From assembly GCA_037917675.1 (NCBI GenBank), contig JAVCBW010000036.1, positions 1-64,000 on the forward strand: 64,000 nucleotides of DNA, in the 5' to 3' direction. The DNA comes from Thermoproteota archaeon (GTDB lineage: Archaea > Korarchaeota > Korarchaeia > B14-G2). The notes below the pieces were generated by a model that was not told the DNA's origin, made no database searches, and saw only the letters and a program-made list of their open reading frames with translations. Position 1 is the stretch's first letter. Each line of letters begins with the position of its first letter. Below, piece by piece: positions 57,495-64,000 of this stretch. A program made the translations under genes and the position numbers.

Positions 57495-58541
57495 GTGTTC
57501 TCTAGAGCATCTGCATATGCTTTTGCAAATGCTCGCTCAAGAGCTCTCCGCTCCTTTATGCTGACTCCAGCAAACTATGATATGCTTCTCAGAGCTAAGA
57601 ACCTACCTATGATGATCCAGACTTTACTCTCTATGCCCGCTTACTCCCAGTATACTAGAGAGCTTATGCAAGCTAAGACTCCAGCTGAAGTCGAAAAGAT
57701 TCTAACTAGAGACTACTATGACAAGGCTAGTGGGGTTTCAACTTGGGTCTCAGAGCGGAGAGGTAAGCAGTTACTAAAGACCCTATCTACGAGACTTGAC
57801 ATTGAAAACCTTAAACTACTCTTGAGGGCAGTTTTCACAGGCATGAAAAAAGAAGAGGTCTCTCTGCTAGTGCTTCCATCAGCATATTATCCTCTTGATA
57901 CAGTAGCTAAGCTGCTTGAAGGAGGAAGTATAAGCGACATCATAGCATCAGCATGGTCTCCTAGGCTGAGATCTCTTTTACTTGATGCGAAAACAATGTC
58001 TGAGGACTTCAAAAGCCCAGTTCCTCTCGAACTTGCAGCTGACAGCTACTTTATAGATCTTCTATGGAGGCAGGCTCAACAGCTCCCTATGGTAGACAAG
58101 CAGACTGTAAGGCATGTTCTTGGAGCAGAAGTTGATGTAAAATCGATGCTCGCCTGTTTAAGGGCTAAAACCTTCGGTGCAGGCCCTGAAGAAATAGATA
58201 GTCTGATACCTAACGTGAGATACAGACTAGCTGACGACCTAGAGAGAGCAGCTAGGGCAGCTACCATAGGAGAGGCTCTAAGGATCTTAGCAGAAGGAGC
58301 TTACTCCAGCATACTTCGAGGTGTTCAGTCTCTAAGCGAGGCTGAGAGGAGGCTTACCCTATATATGATAGATGTCAACGAACAGGTATTCACACAGTAT
58401 CCCTTCCAGCTAGCAGTTGTCATAGCCTTCCTAAACCTCAAGTACCATGAAATACGCAACTTAAAGAGCATAGTCATTGGAAAGTATTATGGGCTCCCCA
58501 TTAGTTCCATCAAAAGTGTTCTCTTCCATGTTATCACCTAA
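57495..58541 (+). CDS. atpC: A/V-type ATP synthase subunit C (AC39/d)
   Basis: Y...NAR.RA, D..NLK..LR, D..., YPF......L.K..EI.NL..I..GK. Confidence 0.85.
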   Translation: MFSRASAYAFANARSRALRSFMLTPANYDMLLRAKNLPMMIQTLLSMPAYSQYTRELMQAKTPAEVEKILTRDYYDKASGVSTWVSERRGKQLLKTLSTRLDIENLKLLLRAVFTGMKKEEVSLLVLPSAYYPLDTVAKLLEGGSISDIIASAWSPRLRSLLLDAKTMSEDFKSPVPLELAADSYFIDLLWRQAQQLPMVDKQTVRHVLGAEVDVKSMLACLRAKTFGAGPEEIDSLIPNVRYRLADDLERAARAATIGEALRILAEGAYSSILRGVQSLSEAERRLTLYMIDVNEQVFTQYPFQLAVVIAFLNLKYHEIRNLKSIVIGKYYGLPISSIKSVLFHVIT

Positions 58542-58587
58542 ATACTTTTAAAAGACGTGTCCTGCGGGCTCACTAGGGTGGTGTCTC

Positions 58588-58929
58588 ATGAAGAGAAGTA
58601 TGCTGCTGATTCTTGCAGCAGCTGCCGTAGCTGCTCTTCTCTCAGCAGTTGGTGTAACAATGATAGCTGCTGGCCAGGAAGGTGGAGAGCAAGGCAAAGG
58701 CGAGATTGCAAGTGGGCTAGCCTTAATGGGTGCTGGAGTTGCCATAGGACTAGCTGGTTTTGGAGCTGGAGTAGGTATGGGAACAACTGGCGCAGCTGCT
58801 ATGGGAGCCATAGCCGAGAAGCCAGAAGTCTTCGGTAGATCCCTGATATACGTAGTCTTTATAGAAGCCATAGCAATATATGGTCTAGTGGTCGCGCTGA
58901 TGATTATAATGATGGTCCCTCAGCTCTAG
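58588..58929 (+). CDS. atpK: A/V-type ATP synthase proteolipid subunit K (c) with N-terminal leader
   Basis: Gly-rich helix GLAGFGAGVGMG, loop EKP, conserved Glu in FIEAIAIYG. Confidence 0.9.
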   Translation: MKRSMLLILAAAAVAALLSAVGVTMIAAGQEGGEQGKGEIASGLALMGAGVAIGLAGFGAGVGMGTTGAAAMGAIAEKPEVFGRSLIYVVFIEAIAIYGLVVALMIIMMVPQL

Positions 58930-58989
58930 TGCATATTTCTATGCTGGCATTAGGAATGTTTTTAGCTACACTAGAACTAAGGTGCTAAC

Positions 58990-60768
58990 ATGTCTGCTAA
59001 AGGTAGAATAGTAAGGATAGTGGGGCCAGTGGTTATTGCTGAGGGTATGAAGGGCAGCCAGATGTATGAGGTCGTATACGTAGGTAAGGATAAGCTTATA
59101 GGTGAGATAATAGGGCTCGAAGAGGATAAGGCCACTATACAGGTTTATGAGGAGACTGTAGGCTTAACTCCAGGAGAGCCTGTAGAGGGAACTGGCAGGC
59201 CTCTGTCAGTTGAGCTTGGCCCAGGGCTCATAGGGAGCATCTATGACGGAGTTCAGAGGCCTCTCCCATCAATATGGGATCTGGTAGGCCCCTTCATAAG
59301 GAGGGGGGTGAAGGTCCCACCGTTGTCAAGAAATAAGAAGTGGCACTTCATTCCCAAAGCAGAGAAGGGAGAGAAGGTTGAGGCAGGAGACTTCATAGGG
59401 GTCGTGAAGGAGACCCCCTTAATAGATCACTATATCATGGTTCCACCAGGAGTCCACGGTGAGATAGTTGAAGTGGCTCCAGAAGGAGAGTACACGATAG
59501 TAGACACAATAGCTGTCCTGGAGACTCCTGATGGCAAGAAGGAGCTGAACATGGTTCAAGTTCAGCCTGTGAGGGTGCCTCGGCCATATAAGGTGAAGCT
59601 TCCTGCAAGAGGGCTCATGGTCACAGGCCAGAGGATAGTCGACCTGTTCTTCCCGATAGCGAAGGGAGGTACAGCTGCAGTTCCAGGAGACTTCGGGACA
59701 GGGAAAACAGTCCTGCTACAGCAGTTCGCAAAGTGGTCCCAAGCTGATGTATGTATTCTAGTAGGTTGTGGGGAGCGAGGTAATGAGATGGCAGATGTCT
59801 TGACAGGATTCATGGAGCTAAAGGACCCGAGAAGTGGCAGGCCTCTCCTCGAGAGAACCATAGTCATAGCTAACACCTCAAACATGCCTGTTGCAGCAAG
59901 AGAGTCTAGTGTCTATTCTGGGATAACGATAGCAGAGTACTTCAGAGACATGGGATATGACGTGTTCATGATGGCTGATTCAACAAGCAGGTGGTGTGAG
60001 GCTATGAGAGAGGTATCAGGGCGGCTAGAGGAGATGCCTGGAGAAGAGGGCTTCCCAGCCTACCTGGCCTCCAGGCTGGCAGAGTTCTATGAGAGGACAG
60101 GTAGAGTCATAACACTAGGCAAGGAGGAGAGAGTAGGCTCTGTTACAGTGATAGGTGCCGTGTCGCCTCCAGGTGGAGACTTCTCTGAGCCTGTAACCCA
60201 GAACACGCTTAGAATAGTCAAAGTATTCCTCGCCTTAAGCAAGATGCTAGCTGAGAGAAGGCACTTCCCAGCTATAGACTGGCTTGAAAGCTACAGCCTA
60301 TACATTGATGCTGTAGCAGACTGGTGGAGCAAGCTAGGCCCATGGAAGGAGATGAGAACAGAGGCCATGGCTATACTGAAGGAGGAAGCTGACCTACAGG
60401 AGATAGTACGCATAGTAGGCCCAGACGTGCTCCCAGAGAGAGAGAAGATGATCTTAGAGTCAGCTAGGATGATCAGAGAGGATCTACTATACCAGAGTGC
60501 TCTCCACGAGGTAGACACCTACTGCCCTCCTGAAAAATCTATCAAAATGATGGAAATTATCCTAAAGTTCCACAAGCTAGGCATAGAGGCAGTCCAGAAG
60601 GGAATCTCAGTTAAAGACATAAAGACTCTACCAATAAGGTACAGGATAGCTAGGATGAAAGAGCTCCCATATGACAAATTCGCTGAGGAAGCTAAGAAGA
60701 TAGAGAGGGACATGGAGGAGCAGTTCCAAAACCTAATTAAGAGTAAAGTCATAGAGGCTGTAGCATGA
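58990..60768 (+). CDS. atpA: A/V-type ATP synthase catalytic subunit A
   Basis: [41 protein letters not shown]; no intein. Confidence 0.96.
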   Translation: MSAKGRIVRIVGPVVIAEGMKGSQMYEVVYVGKDKLIGEIIGLEEDKATIQVYEETVGLTPGEPVEGTGRPLSVELGPGLIGSIYDGVQRPLPSIWDLVGPFIRRGVKVPPLSRNKKWHFIPKAEKGEKVEAGDFIGVVKETPLIDHYIMVPPGVHGEIVEVAPEGEYTIVDTIAVLETPDGKKELNMVQVQPVRVPRPYKVKLPARGLMVTGQRIVDLFFPIAKGGTAAVPGDFGTGKTVLLQQFAKWSQADVCILVGCGERGNEMADVLTGFMELKDPRSGRPLLERTIVIANTSNMPVAARESSVYSGITIAEYFRDMGYDVFMMADSTSRWCEAMREVSGRLEEMPGEEGFPAYLASRLAEFYERTGRVITLGKEERVGSVTVIGAVSPPGGDFSEPVTQNTLRIVKVFLALSKMLAERRHFPAIDWLESYSLYIDAVADWWSKLGPWKEMRTEAMAILKEEADLQEIVRIVGPDVLPEREKMILESARMIREDLLYQSALHEVDTYCPPEKSIKMMEIILKFHKLGIEAVQKGISVKDIKTLPIRYRIARMKELPYDKFAEEAKKIERDMEEQFQNLIKSKVIEAVA

Positions 60769-60777
60769 GGTGATCCT

Positions 60778-62181
60778 ATGAGCCTAGCTGCAAGAGACTA
60801 CTATACAATATCAGAGGTCAGAGGCCCACTGCTGGTCGTTGAAGGTGTCCAGGGCGCTAAGTACGGTGAGATAGTTGAGGTCATTACTTCAACAGGGGAG
60901 ACAAAGCTAGGTCAGGTCATAGACGCCAGATCAGATGTAGCCATAGTCCAAGTCTTCGGTGGAACCAGGGAGATAGACATAGTAGGGACAAGAGCCAGGT
61001 TCACAGGAGAAACCTTTAAGCTACCAGTCTCACTAGACATGCTTGGGAGGATATTCACAGGGATGGGTAGGCCCAGAGATGGAGGCCCTGAAATACTCCC
61101 AGAGGAAGAGCTTGATGTCAATGGTGCTCCAATGAACCCTGCAGCAAGAGATTATCCGAGAGAGTTCATCCAGACAGGCATATCAGCAATAGACGGCCTT
61201 AACACCCTGGTCAGGGGCCAAAAGCTTCCGATATTCTCAGGCTCAGGCCTCCCCCACGCCGAGATAGCAGCTCAAATAGCAAGACAAGCAAAAGTTCTAG
61301 GGAAGGAGGAGGAGTTCGCTGTAGTATTCGCAGCGCTAGGCATAACATTCGAGGAAGCTCAATTCTTCATAAAGAGCTTCAGGGAAACAGGCGCATTCGA
61401 GCACACAGTAGTCTTCATGAACCTAGCAAGCGACCCAGCTATAGAAAGAATAATCACACCCAGAGCAGCCTGCACAGTAGCAGAGTACCTGGCATTCAAA
61501 CATGGCCTACATGTCCTAGCTATAATGACAGACATGACGATGTACTGTGAAGCCCTAAGAGAGCTTTCAGCAGCTAGAGAAGAGGTCCCAGGGAGAAGAG
61601 GCTACCCAGGATACATGTACACAGACTTAGCCACAATATACGAGAGGTGTGGCAGAATAAGAAGAGGTGCCCAGGGCACAGTTACACTCATGCCAATACT
61701 CACAATGCCCTATGATGACATGACACACCCTGTACCTAATCTGACAGGATATATTACTGAAGGCCAGATAGTCTTATCAAGAGGACTACATGCCAAGGGT
61801 ATATATCCACCCATAGACGTGTTTAAGTCGCTGTCAAGGCTGATGAAAGATGGCATAGGACCAGGGAGGACTAGAGAAGACCACAAGGACGTGTTTGCTC
61901 AGCTCTATGCTGCCTACACAGAAGGCTGCTATCTCAGAGAGCTAAGCGCAATCGTAGGCAAGGAAGCCTTGACACCAAGGGACGAGAAGTATCTCGCGTT
62001 CGCAGATGCATTTGAGCGTAAGTTTATCCAGCAGGGAAGATATGAGGATAGAAGCATAGATGAGACTCTGAACATAGGATGGGAGCTCCTAGCAATGCTA
62101 CCTGAGGAAGAGCTAACCAGAGTAGATGAGAAGTGGATCAAAAAATACCACCCGAAGTATAGAAGGAAGAAAGAGGAATAG
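60778..62181 (+). CDS. atpB: A/V-type ATP synthase subunit B
   Basis: [46 protein letters not shown]. Confidence 0.96.
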   Translation: MSLAARDYYTISEVRGPLLVVEGVQGAKYGEIVEVITSTGETKLGQVIDARSDVAIVQVFGGTREIDIVGTRARFTGETFKLPVSLDMLGRIFTGMGRPRDGGPEILPEEELDVNGAPMNPAARDYPREFIQTGISAIDGLNTLVRGQKLPIFSGSGLPHAEIAAQIARQAKVLGKEEEFAVVFAALGITFEEAQFFIKSFRETGAFEHTVVFMNLASDPAIERIITPRAACTVAEYLAFKHGLHVLAIMTDMTMYCEALRELSAAREEVPGRRGYPGYMYTDLATIYERCGRIRRGAQGTVTLMPILTMPYDDMTHPVPNLTGYITEGQIVLSRGLHAKGIYPPIDVFKSLSRLMKDGIGPGRTREDHKDVFAQLYAAYTEGCYLRELSAIVGKEALTPRDEKYLAFADAFERKFIQQGRYEDRSIDETLNIGWELLAMLPEEELTRVDEKWIKKYHPKYRRKKEE

Positions 62182-62606
62182 GCACCTAACCTCCAGGCTC
62201 CATCCATTTCAACTACATTCCACCACCTTCAGGTCATCCTAAGCTCAGCAGACATACCTCGCCTTAGATAACCATACAGTTATGGAGTATGATCAGTAAC
62301 TGCCATGGCCAGGTTTCTGAGCTTATTAAGAGATGCTTGTTAATGCTGCTGTGCTTCAGGCTGAACTCGGAAGGAGATTAGGCCTTGACGCAGCTATGAG
62401 CTTTCTCTTGGAGGCTTGAGGCTGAGAGCTCAAGCTCACTCCTTAATCGTGTTAAGAGCAGTGAGAGGCTCTTAGAGCGCTTTATCCTGAGAGGGCTAGA
62501 GATGGAGAGCTGGAAGGACTCTTTTGATGTCAGTATTCTGATGGAGGTCTTCTTAACATAAGTCATCCTATATGGCTTTATTACATGGGTTACGTGTAGG
62601 TGATGT

Positions 62607-63221
62607 ATGAGGGAGCTAGTATACTCTCTGCTAAGGAGAAGAGCTTCTGTTAGGTGGTATGCTAGTAAGGAGATAGATCAGCGTGTGGTTGAGCAGCTGA
62701 TTGAGGCAGCTACTTGGGCTCCTTCTGCTCATAATGCTCAGCCCTGGAGGTTTGTTGCTGTGTTTAGTAGGGAGGTTAAGGAGAGGCTTGCTAGGTTGAT
62801 GGGTGAGCGTTGGCTTAGAGACCTCACTAGAGACGGTGTTCCAGCTGATAGAGCTGAAGTGATGGTCGAGGAGTCTGTTAAGAGGATTACTGGCGCTCCT
62901 GTTGTGATAGTGGTTGCTTTGAGCATGATGGATATGGATCAGTATCCTGATGAGAGGAGGCGTAAGGCTGAGTTTTTGATGGCTGTTCAGAGTGTCGCTG
63001 CTGCAGTAGAGAACTTGCTGATAGCTGCTGAGGCAGAGGGGCTGGGCGCATGCTGGATGTGTGCTCCATTGTTTGCTCCAGAGGAGGTGAGGGCTGCTGT
63101 CAACTTTCCGAAGGAGTTTGAGCCTCAGGCTCTGATAACGCTAGGCTTTCCACTGGAGAGGCCTAAGAAGCCTCCTAGAAAGCCTCTTAAAGAGGTGCTC
63201 AAGTTTGACGTGTGGAGCTGA
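62607..63221 (+). CDS. Nitroreductase-family protein (FbiB C-terminal-like, F420 locus)
   Basis: RASVR, APSAHNAQPWRF, GLGACW..AP; overlaps cofD start. Confidence 0.82.
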   Translation: MRELVYSLLRRRASVRWYASKEIDQRVVEQLIEAATWAPSAHNAQPWRFVAVFSREVKERLARLMGERWLRDLTRDGVPADRAEVMVEESVKRITGAPVVIVVALSMMDMDQYPDERRRKAEFLMAVQSVAAAVENLLIAAEAEGLGACWMCAPLFAPEEVRAAVNFPKEFEPQALITLGFPLERPKKPPRKPLKEVLKFDVWS

Positions 63222-64000
63222 TAGTATAGTTGCTTTAGCAGGAGGTGTAGGTGCAGCTAGGCTTCTTCAGGGGATGGTTAGGGTTCTAAGCCCAGAGCAG
63301 CTGACTGTAATAGTTAACACTGGAGACGATATAGAGCTCTGTGGGCTCCATATATCTCCTGATCCTGACATAGTGACCTATACGCTAGCTGGTATAGTAG
63401 ACGAGGAGAAGGGCTGGGGGGTTGCAGGAGACACATTTAACTTCATGGAGATGCTCGAGAGGTACGGCTTTGAGACCTGGTTTAAGCTGGGGGATAGGGA
63501 TCTTGCTACACACGTCTTGAGAACTTGGCTGCTTAGAAGTGGGAGAAGGCTTTCAGATGCCATAGACTTAATAAGGAGGAAGCTCGATGTTAGCGTAAAG
63601 ATCCTCCCTATGACAGACGATAGGGTACGTACGAAATTGGTAACTGACAGGGGCATCTTAGAGTTTCAGGAGTATTTTGTCAAATATAGGATGAAACCTG
63701 AGGTCAGAGATGTTTTCTTTGAGGGTGTAGAGAAAGCTAAGCCAGCTCCTGGAGTCATAGAATCTATCCAGGAGGCCTCTGGTATAGTGGTCTGCCCTAG
63801 TAACCCTATTGTAAGCATAGCTCCAATCCTCTCTATCAGTGGCGTCAGAGAGGCTATCAGAGAGTCTAGAGCTGTTAAGGTAGCTGTGAGCCCGATAGTA
63901 GGTGGGAGGGCAATAAAGGGTCCTGCTGACAGGCTGATGAAGTCGCTAGGATACGAGCCTACAGCATATGGGGTGGCATACATCTATAGGGACTTCCTAA
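63205..64000 (+). CDS. cofD: 2-phospho-L-lactate transferase (F420 biosynthesis), runs off the window end; absent from the ORF track
   Basis: Hand translation: LAGGVGAA, VNTGDD, SPD.D, WG..GDT, LGDRD.ATH..RT, PMTD, FQEY, PSNP..SI, VSP..GG...KGPA; TTG 63205 after GAGGTG. Confidence 0.92.
   Translation, partial: MTCGADSIVALAGGVGAARLLQGMVRVLSPEQLTVIVNTGDDIELCGLHISPDPDIVTYTLAGIVDEEKGWGVAGDTFNFMEMLERYGFETWFKLGDRDLATHVLRTWLLRSGRRLSDAIDLIRRKLDVSVKILPMTDDRVRTKLVTDRGILEFQEYFVKYRMKPEVRDVFFEGVEKAKPAPGVIESIQEASGIVVCPSNPIVSIAPILSISGVREAIRESRAVKVAVSPIVGGRAIKGPADRLMKSLGYEPTAYGVAYIYRDFL

Noticed and set aside
58990-60768. Intein in ATP synthase subunit A
   Set aside because: The sequence is continuous across the GKT insertion site and of normal length
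62182-62606. 425-bp gap after atpB with short ORFs
   Set aside because: No recognisable domain, RBS or RNA structure

Overview
Gene-dense archaeal chromosome segment. TATA-like boxes, GGTG/GGAGG ribosome-binding sites, an A-type ATPase and F420 genes suggest a TACK-like thermophile, but taxonomy cannot be fixed from sequence alone. The first 22 kb is mixed housekeeping: asnS, NfeD/stomatin, porDAB, a gluzincin, an MtaD-like deaminase, a presenilin-like protease, etfAB, phoU, mobA and a DNA ligase. From about 22.6 kb to the end is a ~41 kb bioenergetic supercluster. It holds an FpoF/FrhB-like F420-binding protein and a divergent pair made of a hydrogenase-like NuoCD fusion lacking the Ni-binding cysteines plus a NuoB-ferredoxin fusion. 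Next come a long-chain prenyl synthase and two geranylgeranyl-reductase-family flavoproteins flanking an 11-subunit complex I-like operon with no NuoEFG. These are followed by HypA with an Mrp-type HypB, a Tat-exported group 1 [NiFe] hydrogenase with cytochrome b, heme O synthase, tatA/tatC, and a UbiE plus B12-radical SAM pair. The cluster ends with a rearranged A1Ao ATP synthase locus containing a mirror-image AtpZ-like/subunit C cassette, then the start of an F420 locus (nitroreductase, cofD). One frameshifted Hsp20 pseudogene was found. No tRNA, rRNA, CRISPR array or transposase was recognised. All calls come from motif recognition by eye; no database searches were run.
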